Positions 44,465-56,059 of a stretch of DNA of 60,513 nt are shown here, piece by piece. How positions within the stretch are numbered: position 1 is the first letter of the stretch; every line of letters starts with the position of its first letter. The stretch lies in the NCBI GenBank assembly GCA_963788655.1, contig CAWBHS010000104.1, positions 1-60,513 of the forward strand, written 5' to 3'. The DNA is from an uncultured Verrucomicrobiae bacterium (GTDB taxonomy: Bacteria; Verrucomicrobiota; Verrucomicrobiia; Limisphaerales; JAFGQR01). The translations under genes and the position numbers were made by a program. Under the pieces are notes generated by a model. That model searched no databases and had not been told where the DNA came from. It saw only the letters and a program-made list of their open reading frames with translations.

Positions 44465-46849
44465 TCAATAAATGAACGCGGGACCGGTGAAATAAATTGT
44501 GCCCGCCGTTTTCTTCCGGCTGCCGTCCACCAGCAGCAACGTGTCCAGCCGCAGTTGACCGCGCGCCACGCCGTCATCCGCTCCGCCCCAATGACCGGCG
44601 TTCCTCAAATCGGCCAGATCAAATTCCACCCAACGCCAACCAGTCCAGTCCAGGCGAGGACCATTGGGTTGGAAAACTTGACCGGCGGAATCCGCCAGCC
44701 GCATGCGGAGGGAGTTGCCGGAGTTGTCGCCATAAACCCACAGGCCCAGAGCTTGCGGATGACCGGAGATTTCGCGTGACCCCGCGCAAACGCAGCGCAC
44801 AAAGCGCCAACCTTCGTCGAAACTATAGTCCAAACGTTGCGCCGTCGGATAAGGTTGATTTGCATCACCGGGTGCGTTCGTTTCCGCCAGATGAGCGTCA
44901 GCCGGAACTTTGGCGTCGCCATCCAGCACCGCCTTGCAATCGGAACAAGGCAGCGGTCGGAAGGTGCATTCGACCGGGGCGGTCACGACTTGCCCATCTG
45001 AGCCGAGCAACTGGGCGGAGATTCTGTCAGCGGACGCCGTGACTCGCGCTGAGAACTGCGGCGTCGCGGCCTCCAATTTCACGGGAATGGTCTGGCCGTT
45101 GACGATGGCCTGGCCCAAAAAGGAACTGCCGGCCGGATTCTTGATTTGCAAACGAAGCCCACCTTCCATCGGTACCAACGCCAGAACCAATGGATTCGCG
45201 ACCAATAACTGTCGCCGCTCCACCGACCGGGTGATGACCCTCCATTGATTGCCGTTCCAGTTCTGCTGAAACTCAGCGCTGAGGGTGAGCGGAATGCCAT
45301 CTTCACTGCGGCGGGTTGGCTTGAGAACCAGCGTGGCACGCCCGGCTTCGCCCGGCTTCAGAGACACTTCTGTTTGGTCGGAACCGGAGGGCCACCGCAA
45401 ATTCAAACGGACGCGCAGCGGCTGGTTGAAACGATTCTGAAGTTTCACCGGAATGTCCACCTGCCGTCCGGCACCGGCTTCGACCAGCGTGGGAATGGGG
45501 CCGTCGATTTGCCAGCAGGCTTCCGCGGTGAGTTTCGGACTGGGGGTTTTCAACGTGAGATATTGGGGCGCATCTTTTAGATCGAGTGTGAGTTTGCCTT
45601 GCCGAACCTGGGTTTGGATCGAGTGCCCTTGTCCGTCGCAGCCAATGACGTCGTCGGATGATGGTAAAGCAAGCTCGAGCTCGACGGCGTGAGGCTGAAC
45701 GGTGGTCCAGGCGGCCAGTTTTTGGTCCCCATCCGCATCGGCCAGGAACAAAACGTAATCGTCGGCCTGGGCAATGTTCAGACGGCGCACCACCCGGTAG
45801 CCCGCCAATTCGCGGGTCAGCGTTTGCACCGCCACATAACTGGGCTTGGGATTCAGGTCGTGCGTCACGGTACCAAAGTTGTGCTCGTTGTAATCCGGAT
45901 CCGTGCCGTCGTTCATCCAGTCGTACCAGATCGACAGCGGCACACCGCTCAAGAGATTTGCCAGTTGCTGGCGGGCGATGAAGGCGGCTTGGGTCTCCAG
46001 CGAAACGCCTCCTTTGGCTTGCGTCGCATAACCCCATTCGCCACTGACGATGGGCATCGTCTTTTTCGCCGCCGGCGCGTAACGCTCGATCAGCCCCCGC
46101 AACCGGAGGTAATCCTCGGCAGCGGTTTCCGGTCCCCGACTGTAGCTGCGATACGGGTGAACGCTGACAGCATCGAGGTATTGCAGGATGCCGGATTTGA
46201 AAAGTTCCTCGAAGAACGGCCACGGAAACGTCGAACTGGCCGGCGCAATAATGGTTGCGTCCGGCTCGACCGCACGGATGGACCGGCACGTGGCGAGAGC
46301 CAGCGCGGTGTATTGCTTAACGTCAGGCTTGGGTTTCCAGAAACCGATGTTCGGCTCGTTCCAAATCTCCCAGACAATCCCGCGTCCGTGGAAATGCCTG
46401 GCGGCGGCGGCCGCCCAACGCGCGAACGCGGCCACGCTCTCCGGTTTTTGCGGCGAAGCCGTATCGCGATGCACTTCGCCGTTGATTGGGTTTCTCGAAG
46501 TTATGGTGTCTTCGTATTGGCCGTTCGAATAATCCAGAATATAGATCGCCCGCAGGCCGCGCTTTTCAAGGTTGCCGGTCAATTCATCGTAGGCGGACCA
46601 ATTGTATTCACCTTTCCGGCGTTCGGTACCGCCCCACGAAAAGTCCATGCGAATGAACTGGAAGCCGGCGGCGGCAATCATATCGAGATCCTTGTCGTGC
46701 CCACGGGTAAAGTGAATGTTCACGCCCACGCCCTGCGGCAGCACGGGTGGTGGCAGGCCGTTCTCCGGGGCCGCGGCCACTGCGGTCGGCCCGCCCAAAC
46801 AGGCTCCCAGAATAATCAATGACGGGATGAGGTGTCGCATATTGGACAC
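44465..46849 (-). CDS. Clan GH-A glycoside hydrolase (GH5/GH39-like) with C-terminal carbohydrate-binding-like domain
   Basis: Signal peptide, WEIWNEPN acid/base, AVSVHPY, VSGEWG nucleophile, C-terminal LWVYGD...LDWTGWRWV. Confidence 0.85.
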   Translation of the reverse strand: MSNMRHLIPSLIILGACLGGPTAVAAAPENGLPPPVLPQGVGVNIHFTRGHDKDLDMIAAAGFQFIRMDFSWGGTERRKGEYNWSAYDELTGNLEKRGLRAIYILDYSNGQYEDTITSRNPINGEVHRDTASPQKPESVAAFARWAAAAARHFHGRGIVWEIWNEPNIGFWKPKPDVKQYTALALATCRSIRAVEPDATIIAPASSTFPWPFFEELFKSGILQYLDAVSVHPYRSYSRGPETAAEDYLRLRGLIERYAPAAKKTMPIVSGEWGYATQAKGGVSLETQAAFIARQQLANLLSGVPLSIWYDWMNDGTDPDYNEHNFGTVTHDLNPKPSYVAVQTLTRELAGYRVVRRLNIAQADDYVLFLADADGDQKLAAWTTVQPHAVELELALPSSDDVIGCDGQGHSIQTQVRQGKLTLDLKDAPQYLTLKTPSPKLTAEACWQIDGPIPTLVEAGAGRQVDIPVKLQNRFNQPLRVRLNLRWPSGSDQTEVSLKPGEAGRATLVLKPTRRSEDGIPLTLSAEFQQNWNGNQWRVITRSVERRQLLVANPLVLALVPMEGGLRLQIKNPAGSSFLGQAIVNGQTIPVKLEAATPQFSARVTASADRISAQLLGSDGQVVTAPVECTFRPLPCSDCKAVLDGDAKVPADAHLAETNAPGDANQPYPTAQRLDYSFDEGWRFVRCVCAGSREISGHPQALGLWVYGDNSGNSLRMRLADSAGQVFQPNGPRLDWTGWRWVEFDLADLRNAGHWGGADDGVARGQLRLDTLLLVDGSRKKTAGTIYFTGPAFIY

Positions 46850-46953
46850 AGCCTAAGCAGAAGCCGGCGGGCTGTCTGTTAAAAACTGTGAAGCGCGGAA
46901 CTTGCGGGGGTGCGTGCGGTTTGCGTGAACGACCGGTGATGGGCTCCGAAAGT

Positions 46954-47100
46954 CGCGCAGCGTTTGGATTGCGTGGAGCTTGCTCCCGCTTTCCTTTGAA
47001 TTACGGCCAGCATAGAAGAACGCAACACGCGCAAAAATCAGACGGTCGTTCTATCCGCGAAAGCGCCGGCAAGCCGGACGCACTCCAAACGCTGGCGCGC
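46954..47100. repeat. REP-like inverted pair (family D)
   Basis: CAGCGTTTGGATTGCGTGGAGCTTGCTCCCGCTTT ... AAAGCGCCGGCAAGCCGGACGCACTCCAAACGCTG. Confidence 0.7.
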
Positions 47101-47219
47101 GTACGAACGAGTCGTTCCAAGACAGAGCCAATTAGGTCAGTATCCCCCTGTCGCGAATTGCCAATTCCGTTCTGTGGTCAGCGGTCGTTCTGAATGCTGA
47201 TGGGCGTTTCTGGTTCTTC

Positions 47220-47381
47220 GGGACAGCCGGGACGGCTGTCCTACGGGGCGAAGGCCGCCTTGCCAAAACGTAGGACAGGCGTCTCGCCTGTCTCGGAATG
47301 CCATATTGCGTCCGTTGTTTGGAGAAGCTCCACCAACACCGCCCCCCTGCCCATCCGGGACAGCCGGGACGGCTGTCCTAC
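47220..47381. repeat. Cluster of three family-A REP-like palindromes in alternating orientation
   Basis: GGGACAGCCGGGACGGCTGTCCTAC (47220-47244 and 47357-47381) and GTAGGACAGGCGTCTCGCCTGTCTC (47270-47294). Confidence 0.85.
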
Positions 47382-47386
47382 TGAAG

Positions 47387-50300
47387 TTACTGTCCCGCCC
47401 GGTTTGGGTATTTGGGTTTCTTGGGCGCGACGGGTGGGTGTTCTTTGAGCTGTTTGAGTACTTCCTGGATCGCCCGTTCGAGTTGCGGATCCTTGCCCTT
47501 GGCTATTTGCGCCGGATCATCGACCACCTCGATGTCGGGATCAACCCCATGGCCTTCGATGATCCATTCGCCCTTGCGGTTGTATATGCCGAACGTCGGC
47601 ACGGTGATGCTACCGTTGTCGATCAGGTTCGGGCAGCCGGTGATACCGATCAAACCGCCCCAGGTACGCGTGCCGATGAGCGGACCGAGTTTGGCTTGCT
47701 TGAAGTAGTATGGAAATGCATCACCGCCCGAGCCGCTCCAGCCATTGATCAGCATGGCTTCCGGACCCCGGTGCGCGGTCGGGGGCCAGCGCCAGTCCTG
47801 CCCGTCGCGAACGGCCCAGTAGTTGTCCACTTTGCGTCCGAGCAGTTCCACAAACCGGTCGGGAATCTGACCGCCGCTGTTGAAGCGTTCGTCAATGATC
47901 AGCCCTGGCTTGCTGAATTGGCCGCTGTATTGGCGGACCAGTTCGTTTTGCCCGTGGCGACTCGTGTCCGGCACGTAGATGTAACCGATCTGGCCATCGC
48001 TGGCGGCTTCCACGCGACGGCGGTGGTCTTCGATCCACGCCAAGTTGCGCAGCCGCGCTTCGCTCGCGAGCGTGCGGACCAGCACTTCGCGCGCGTCTTT
48101 CATCGTCGGCTGATCATTCACGGTGAGGAACACCGGTTCATTGGCCTTTCCCTGAAAGGCGGCCCAGGGATCACGGGCAATGTCCAAAGGAACTCCGTTC
48201 ACGGCCAACAAGTAATCGCCTTCCTGGACCTTGACGTTCGGCTCCCGGAGCGGCGAGCGCGTCTCGATATCCCACGCGGCGCCTTCGATGATTTTCTTGA
48301 TTCGATACGCACCGTTTTCCACCGTAAAATCGCAGCCCAGGTAACCGACGCCCTGCTTGGCGGACTTCTCAACATCACCGCCTCTGCGGTACGTATGCGA
48401 CGAATTCAACTCGGCAATCAGCTCACCGATAACATAGTTCACGTCCCAGCGGGTCACGGCATCGTGCAGCAACTTGCCGTAACGCTTGCGCATCGCCTTC
48501 CAGTCCACGCCGTGCAGGTGGGGGTCGTAGAAGAAGTCCCGTTCGAGCCGCCAGGCGTCGGTAAAGATCTGCCGCCATTCCGCACGCGGATCAATGAGCG
48601 TTTCCAGGTTGCCGGTATTGAGCTTCTTGTCCAGCTTCTGGTTTTCCTTCACCTCGACGATCGCGTAGCTGCTGCCATTGCGCACCAGTAACTTGGCGCC
48701 CTTGGCCGCCAGGATAATGTCGTCCGCGTCAGACAGGATGGTTTTCTCCTCGCGCTTCTCGAGGTCGCAATAGATCACCGGCGTTTTGTCATCGCCGGAA
48801 CCCGTCCGCGGCGGACGCCGATAGATCAACTTGCCGGCCACGGCCATCAGGTCCGTGTAATTGCCCGCCTTGGGCGGCAGTACCACTGCCCGGCGTTCAA
48901 AGTCAGCGAGGTCGATCTCGACGGGCTTGGGCTTCTCCACCTTCTTCTCGTCTTTCTTGTCGTCGGCATGGTCGTCGGCTTTGGCGACCTTGTCAGTCTG
49001 CTGGTCCAGCTCGGATTTCTTGTCAACCTGCTGGTCTTCGCCTTCCTGCTTGCCGGATTTGCCGTCCTTGTTTGGAATGGGCTGATCTTTCTGGTCGGAC
49101 GAGGCTTTCTTTTCAATTTCCTCGTCGTTGCGCGGTGCCAACGGCGACGCGACATCTTTGCGTAGCGGCACGGCTACAAGGTTCTTGGTGTTGGGATAAA
49201 TCCAGTCATTGTTCAAGTCGCTGTAAACCGGCGCAAACGACCGTCCGCTGCGATAGAACAAATACTTGCCGGCGGGATCAAAGGCCGGTTTGTCGTCATC
49301 GTAGAAACCGCTGGTGACCTGGTGGCGTTGGTTATTCTTGGTGTCGTACAGAACGATGGCCGTGTGTCGCGTATCAAGGTCGCCGGCGTAGGCAAGCCAG
49401 CGGCTGTCCGCCGACCAACTGACGGAGAACCCGCTCAGCTCGCCTTGATACAACCATTTCATCTGATCGATTTGGCGCGTCGATTTTTTATCCACGTCGT
49501 AAAGATGAACCTTCATGGCCTGATCGATGAACGCCAGTTTCCGGCTGTCCGGCGACCATTGCGGGCGATAGCGGAAGCCGGCGCCCAGACTCGTTAGTTT
49601 GGTTTCCTCGCCCGAACCGTCCTGGGCGCGCACGGTCAGTTCATACTCGCCGCTGCGGTCACTGAAATAGGCGATCTGTTTGCCGTCCGGTGACCAGGCC
49701 GGATACCGCTCCGCCACGCCGCTGCTGCGCGTAAGCTGGCGGATCACGCCATGCTCGGCCGGCACTGTGAACAGGTCGCCCCGTGCTTCGAACACCGCGC
49801 GTTTGCCGTTCGGCGAAACGTCGTAGCTGTGAAGGTAACCAGAAACGTTTTCTAGGCGCGGCCGCAGCGTGGCTTCGTCGGTGACCACCTTAAGATCGAC
49901 CTCGTGATATTTCTCGGTGGCCAGATCCAGTAAATACAACACGCCACCACATTCGAAGATGATGTCCTTGGGGCCGATGCTCGGAAAATGAACGTCCAGT
50001 TCCTTGAAGAAAGTGATTTGCCGGAACTGGTCAGTGCGGGTATCGCAAGCCCAGAGGTTGGCGCGTTGATTCTCGCCGCGGTCGGAAAGGAAATACAGCG
50101 TCGAGTCGTGCCACATGGGCAGCGAATCGTTGGCCGGATTGTGGGTGACGTTCCGCGCGGTCAGTTTTTCGAGGTCGAAGAACCAAATGTCAGGGGCCAT
50201 GCCGCCGCGGTAGCGTTTCCAGGTGCGGAAGTCCCGCGAGATGGGAACGTAGGCCAGGATTTTTCCGTCAGCGTGAAATGGCGCCAAACTCGCCGTAAGG

Positions 50301-50804
50301 GACGGGCAATGGTTCCGGCAAACCGCCTTGCGCACTGACTTTGAACAGCTTGTTGAACCGGTTCTTCTCGCTGGTCATCATCGAAGCGAACAGAATGTGT
50401 TGACCGTCCGGATACCATCCCAGCACGCGGTCCGGTTCCCCGTGATGCGTGATGCGCCGGGGCAATCCGCCATCGGCGCCCACGACATAGACATCAAGAT
50501 TGCCGTCGTAATTGCCGCTGAAGGCCAGCCACCGTCCATCGGGCGAAAACTTGGGAAACGTTTCCTCGCCGCGCGGCGAACTGAGCCGGGTGGCCATGCC
50601 GCCGGTTTTCGGGGCCACCCAGATGTCGCCAGCATAAAGACAGGCGATCTGGTTGGAGGACACGTCCGGGAAACGCAACATCCGGGCATTGACGGCGCCG
50701 GGCAACGCCGGGGGAGCCGGAGCCGCGGACAATTGCGGAGTTGGAACGGTGATCAGAAGTGTTGCGGCAAGGGCCGGGAGAGTGATGCGTTGATGCCAAT
50801 TCAT
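47387..50804 (-). CDS. Tricorn protease homolog (S41, beta-propellers + PDZ), frameshift near 50290
   Basis: MLRFPDVS, WKRYRGG, ELNSSHTY, IDERFNSGG, GSGGDAFP catalytic Ser, GTRTWGG, DPQLERA. Confidence 0.93.
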
Positions 50805-50923
50805 GATGAAACCATTTTGGTTGTCCGACGTGTCGTAGCGAAGGACCGCCAGCGACTACCAGGGGTGCCACTGCTCGGAATGCATACCTGGAGGCCGGCG
50901 TGCTGATAAGGCGATCCTGCCGA

Positions 50924-51478
50924 TTAACTCTGCGCCGGGATCATCCCGCTTTTCCGGGCAAAATTGAAGATGCCGCCCGCGTCAACCACCGGACGGACTT
51001 CGCCCAGCGGTTTAAGGGAATACACCTTGCCGGTTTTGAGCACCTTCAGTGTGGCTGCGTCCAAATCCACGGTCACTTCTTCGCCGGTCTTAAGCTCGTC
51101 GCACAAGCGGTCGGCGCATTCGCACGGATACACTTCGCCCGTGGCCACACAATTCCGGAAAAAGATGCGGGCGTAGCTTTCCGCCACGACCAGCCGGCAC
51201 CCGGCGGAACCGAGGGCAATGGGCGCGTGTTCCCGCGAGCTGCCACAGCCGAAATTCCGGCCGCCGATCACGATGGGATACTCCGTATCGAGCTGCTCCG
51301 CTTCCACAAAGCGTGTCGGATACAGCGATTCGGGCAGGCCGCACAAAGCGTAACTGCCGAGCTTCTCGTATTCCTCGGGAATGGTGGGCACGAGATTCAA
51401 ATACTGCGCCGGAATGATCTGATCCGTGTCAATATTGTCACGAACGACGTACACCGGTCCGGTAAAGACAGATTGCAT
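50924..51478 (-). CDS. leuD: 3-isopropylmalate dehydratase small subunit
   Basis: DNIDTDQIIPA, NFGCGSSREHA, SYARIFFRN. Confidence 0.9.
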   Translation of the reverse strand: MQSVFTGPVYVVRDNIDTDQIIPAQYLNLVPTIPEEYEKLGSYALCGLPESLYPTRFVEAEQLDTEYPIVIGGRNFGCGSSREHAPIALGSAGCRLVVAESYARIFFRNCVATGEVYPCECADRLCDELKTGEEVTVDLDAATLKVLKTGKVYSLKPLGEVRPVVDAGGIFNFARKSGMIPAQS

Positions 51479-51549
51479 AGCCGCAATGTGGCGACTGGCC
51501 GGTGAGTTTTCAATCCTGAATTCGCACGTCTGTGGAGAACGCCTCTCTG

Positions 51550-52020
51550 CTATGCCAAATCCACAGCGCACCGGAAACCAACGGTCGAACAACGGTCCAG
51601 TCCCGGCCACATCAACAGAAACTTGGCCGCAAGGCCGCAAGGTTGGGGGCTGTCATCGGGATACCAACCGGAACCTTGCGCTTTGAACCACGAATCACCC
51701 TTCAGGATGCAGAACCGCGTGCGCCCATCGCGGCGTTCGCTCTCCGTCCATTGCCAGCTATTTCCGCACCTAACGTAGCAGCAGAAAGGCGAACGTCCGG
51801 CGGGAAACGCCTTCACAACGGTGATGCCGGTAGTATCTCCGGTGTTGCAGAGGCCGGTCGGCATCTGGTTGCCCCATGGGAAGCGTTTGATCGGGTGTTG
51901 CGTATGCCGCCGCTCGAACCATTTGTTCCGCAATACGCCGGGCGGGGCACTGTCGTTGCACCATTGTGCCCAGGTCAGGTGAGGGTTGTGAATGCTCACT
52001 ATTTGCCGACACAGCCGGAG
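51550..52020 (-). pseudogene. FGE-sulfatase (SUMF1) domain C-terminal remnant
   Basis: RFPWGN, AFPAGRSPF, GNSWQWT and GFRCAVD are present, but the motifs are eroded and there is no credible N-terminal half. Confidence 0.6.
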
Positions 52021-52184
52021 GTTTGGCAAGTTTCGTTGACGGCGCTTGCTTATGGTTTGACCAGTTGCCCCTTCCACGAGGCCATCGGCGATGCAGTTCA
52101 GGCGGTGCGAATGGGGCAAAACTCTTGATAAAATCTCCTTGCTCATGAGCGACTTTCATGGTTTCACTTTGCCAGAACAAGCTT

Positions 52185-52814
52185 ATGGAAGACCTGACGC
52201 AACTGAACGAAGCCATTATCAATGGCGACGCCAAATCATCGAAATCCATCACCAAGAAGGCCCTGGCGGCGGGGCGGACCCGGTCAAAATTGTCCACGAC
52301 TACATGGTGCCGGCCATGAACGAGGTGGGCACACGGTTCGACTGCAACGAATATTTGTGCCCGAACTGCTGATTCCGCCCGAGCCATGAAGACCGCCCTG
52401 GAGATCATCCGGCCATTGATGGCGCGAGCGGCGCCAAACCCGCCGGGCGGGTCGTCATCGGCACGGTCAAGGGCGACCTGCACGACATCGGCAAGAACCT
52501 CGTGGCGTGCCATGCTCGAAGGCGGCGGTTTGAAGTAATCGACTTGGGCGTGAACGTGCCGCCGGAGAAGTTCGTCGCCGCCGTGAAGGAAAAGAACGCG
52601 AATATCGTCGCCATGTCCGCGTTGCTGACCACCACGATGCCCTCGATGAAATCCACCATCGAAGCCCTTAACAAGCCGGCGTCCGACAGCAGGTTAAAGT
52701 GCTCATCGGGGGCGCCCCCATCACCCAGAAATACGCGGATGAAATCGGCGCTGACGGCTATAGCGAAAATGCGCCGGGAGCGGTGCCCTGGCCAACGAGA
52801 AATCGGCGAAGTAG
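52185..52814 (+). CDS. Corrinoid (B12-binding) protein, multiple frameshifts
   Basis: MVPAMNEVG, GTVKGDLHDIGKNLV, DLGVNVPPEKF, SALLTTTM, IGGAPITQKYADEIGADGY. Confidence 0.88.
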
Positions 52815-52836
52815 TGCCCGGCGGATTGCTGGTTCT

Positions 52837-53719
52837 ATGCATCCGTTTATTGAACAATTATCGCCCACGGGCCGCTGGTCACCGACGGCGCCTGGGGCAC
52901 ACAACTGCAGGCCCGCGGCCTGGGACCGGCGAATTTCCCGACGGTCTGGAACCTCACCACCCCGACAGCGTGGCAGAGCGTCGCGCAAGCCTATGTCGAA
53001 GCCGGCAGCCAAATCGTCCTGACCAATACGTTCGGGGCCAACCGCATACGTCTTCGCGAGACAGGAATCGCTGCGGTCCAAAGCGGCGGAGATCAACGGA
53101 AGGGCGTGAGATCTTTCGCGGCAGGCGGCCGGTGATCGCGCTTGGGTCTTTGCGTCGATCGGTCCCAGCGGCAAGGTGCTCATGAACGGCGAAGTCGATC
53201 CGAGCAGAGATCTCAAGCGCCGCTTCGCAGAACAGGCACGAGCGCTGGCCGAAGCGCCGGCCGGATGCCCTCGTCATCGAGACCATGTCCGATCTCGAGG
53301 AAGCGAATTGGCGGTCGCGCCGCCAGGGCCACCGGCCTGCCCGTCGTCGCCTGCATGGTCTTCGACTCCGGCAAAGACAAGGACCGCACCATGATGGGCA
53401 CCACCCCGGAAGCAGGCCGCGCAAGCACTGACCGCCGCCGGCGCGGATGTCATCGGGTCCAACTGCGGCCAGGGCATCGAAGGTTTCGTCCCATCTGTCA
53501 ACGCCTGCGCGCCGCCACCGATCGGCCGATTTGGATCAAGGCCAACGCCGGCTTGCCGACCATCGTGGACGGCCGCGCCCGACTACCAAACCACGCCCGA
53601 GGAGTTCGCCAGCCATGTGCCGGCGCTGCTCGAAGCCGGCGCCAGCTTCATCGGGGGCTGCTGCGGCACCCGCCCGGAATTTCATCACCGCGATAAAGGC
53701 CCGGCTAAACACCGCCTAA
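52837..53719 (+). CDS. Homocysteine S-methyltransferase domain protein (MetH N-terminal module), multiple frameshifts
   Basis: TDGAWG, AGSQIVLTNTFGAN, ASIGPSG, IETMSD, GSNCG, IKANAGLP, IGGCCGT. Confidence 0.85.
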
Positions 53720-53728
53720 CAATTCAGC

Positions 53729-53772
53729 GATATTTCAAAGCTCGTAGCAGCGGACGTGAGTCCGCTCACTTC
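53729..53772. repeat. Partial family-B-like REP element
   Basis: GATATTTCA...GTAGCAGCGGACGTGAGTCCGCTCAC directly after the methyltransferase stop. Confidence 0.5.
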
Positions 53773-54037
53773 TTCCACCTCCGAGAAAGTTGGAGCAGAC
53801 TAGCAGGAATTCCAGCCGACCATCCAGTTTGAGCAGCCCCTCCGGGTCAAGCAGGTGGTCAATCGCATTGGTGGGCGACGAGGCAAGTTCGATCGACCTC
53901 AACAGGCTCGTCGCGACGGTCGTCGACGTTGAAGCCCAGCCGTTGCGAGTTTTCTGAGGACGGAGAATGGGGCTACCGATCAACATCTCATTAAGATGCA
54001 GCCAAATAGCCAATGGTTATTTGCGCGCCGCGTTTCT

Positions 54038-54319
54038 TCATTCTGGTAATTGGTTGTTTAACGAGCCCTTGAGTGAAGGCACCAGACCATGGGCGCACAA
54101 TCCCACGCCAATCGCAAAGCTTAATCCGGCCGCCGCCGCCAATCCCACCACATGCACCAATCCAATCAACACACCGGTTAGTGAAACATCGAAACCAAGC
54201 ATCTGCCATCCAGCCCCTTCGGCAAGATACTGAACCAAAAACCACCCAATGGCCACTGCGAACCCAAGCCAGCAGAGGCCACCCAAAACCATCATCGCGC
54301 ACTTGAGGCATTTCTTCAT
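54038..54319 (-). CDS. Hypothetical small membrane protein
   Basis: Two long hydrophobic segments after MKKCLK. Confidence 0.55.
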   Translation of the reverse strand: MKKCLKCAMMVLGGLCWLGFAVAIGWFLVQYLAEGAGWQMLGFDVSLTGVLIGLVHVVGLAAAAGLSFAIGVGLCAHGLVPSLKGSLNNQLPE

Positions 54320-54538
54320 ACGCGGAACGACTGTCGGCCAACTCCAGCGGGCCGGAACAAATCCCTTTCTCTGAACTTCAGCAAAAGCACCAATACTTGA
54401 GATCCGTAAACAACGTTACATCCATTGCCGACGACGAGACACGGACTGATAATTAAAAAGAAAAAAGAGCAATGTCGCCAGCCGACATTGCTCTGCGAAA
54501 ACCACCGGGAATTCCCGAGGTTGGCCAAGTAACAGCCG

Positions 54539-55858
54539 CTATCCGGCGAGCGGCGGCTCCAGCGCAGCTTCCAATTCGGAAGTCGGTGGTGCTTCTTCCT
54601 CGATTTCGACGAGCGGCTTCAGTTTGATCTTGCGGTGTAGATCGTAACCACTGCCAGCCGGAATGATATGCCCCATGATCACGTTTTCCTTGAAACCGCG
54701 CAGGGTATCCACTTTGCCCATGGTCGCGGCTTCAGTCAGCACCCGCGTGGTGTCCTGGAAGGAAGCCGCGCTGAGGAAACTCTCGGTCTCCAAGGAAGCC
54801 TTGGTAATTCCCAACAGCACCGGTTGGGCTTCGGCCGGTTGGCCGCCCATCTTCTCGACCCGTTGATTCTCGTTTTCGAAGTCAATCTTCTCGATTTGTT
54901 CGCCCCAGAGGAACTTGGTGTCGCCCGGCTCGGTGATCCGCACTTTGCGCAGCATTTGGCGGACGATGATCTCGATGTGTTTGTCGTTAATCGTGACGCC
55001 TTGGAGCCGATAGACTTCCTGCACTTCGTTGACGAGATGTTCCTGGAGGGCCTGCGGGCCGGAAATCTCGAGAATTTCGTGCGGATCAATGGGGCCTTCG
55101 GTCAGTTGTTGGCCCTTGCGCACATAATCGCCCTTGAACACGATCACGTGTTTGCCAATGGGGATCAGATGCTTTCCTCGGTGCCGGTTTGCAGGTCCTT
55201 GATGACGATGCAGCGCTTGCCACGCACACTGGCCCCGAAATCGACCACGCCGTCGATCTTGGAAATTTCGGCGGCATCCTTGGGCCGGCGGGCTTCGAAA
55301 AGTTCCGCCACCCGGGGCAGACCGCCGGTGATGTCTTTGGTCTTGGTGGTGCTGCGCGGCGTCTTGGCCATCAGCGTTCCGGCGTCAATCCGCTCGCCTT
55401 CCTTCACGACAATGTGCGCCGCCGAAGGAATGGGATAATTGGCCACCGGCTCGCCGTGGCTGTCCAGGATGACGATTTGCGGGTGCAAATCTTCTTTGTG
55501 TTCGATGATTACCATGGCTTCCTGCGCCGTGGTTTCATCGGTTTCCTGTTTCATGGTGACCCCTTCGATGATGTCCATGAATTTCACCTTGCCGGCTTTC
55601 TCGGACAGAATCGGGACATTGTAGGGATTCCACTGTACGAAGGCCTCGCCCTTTTTGACCTTGCCGCCGTTCTTGACGGAGATCACGGAACCGATGACCA
55701 GGTTGTGCGTTTCCAACTCGCGGCCATCCTCCGCCAGAATGGACAGGGACCCATTCTTGTTAAGCACGATGTTGTTGCCGTCTTCCAATTCCACCAGGCG
55801 CAGTTCGTTGTATTGGGCGGTGCCGTCATGTTTGGATTTGATCTGCGGCTGCTTGAAC
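54539..55858 (-). CDS. rpoC: RNA polymerase beta' subunit, C-terminal fragment only (frameshift near 55165)
   Basis: [88 protein letters not shown] and the trigger-loop helix are absent. Confidence 0.95.
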
Positions 55859-56046
55859 CCGGCGATCACCGAGTCTCCTTCCGTCGCGGAGACCTCCACG
55901 AGGCGTCCCGCCGTGCCGGCCGGCACACGGGTCTCCCGTGCCTCGATCACGCCGGAAGCCGTGAGATCGGTGTGCCCGGCCCCACAGCCGGACAGTATCG
56001 CAAACAGGGCGGCCATCGAGGCGCCCCGAATAAGCATCCTGTTCAC
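55859..56046 (-). CDS. N-terminal fragment of a HlyD/membrane-fusion lipoprotein, truncated at the junction
   Basis: Lipobox LSGC, then ASGVIEARETRV...[17 protein letters not shown] (biotinyl-lipoyl-like first half). GGAGG RBS, downstream of the TetR gene. Confidence 0.75.
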
Positions 56047-56059
56047 ACCCCCTCCTTGC

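Noticed and set aside
47220..47381. CRISPR-like repeats with spacers
   Set aside because: The copies alternate in orientation and have irregular spacing, which fits REP clusters.
53735..54013. 92-aa minus-strand ORF
   Set aside because: No recognisable motif, and its 3' part runs through a REP-like palindrome.
55165..56046. Genuine lipoprotein-RNA polymerase fusion protein
   Set aside because: An exported beta' fragment is implausible and both parents are truncated at one point, so a chimera is the simpler explanation.
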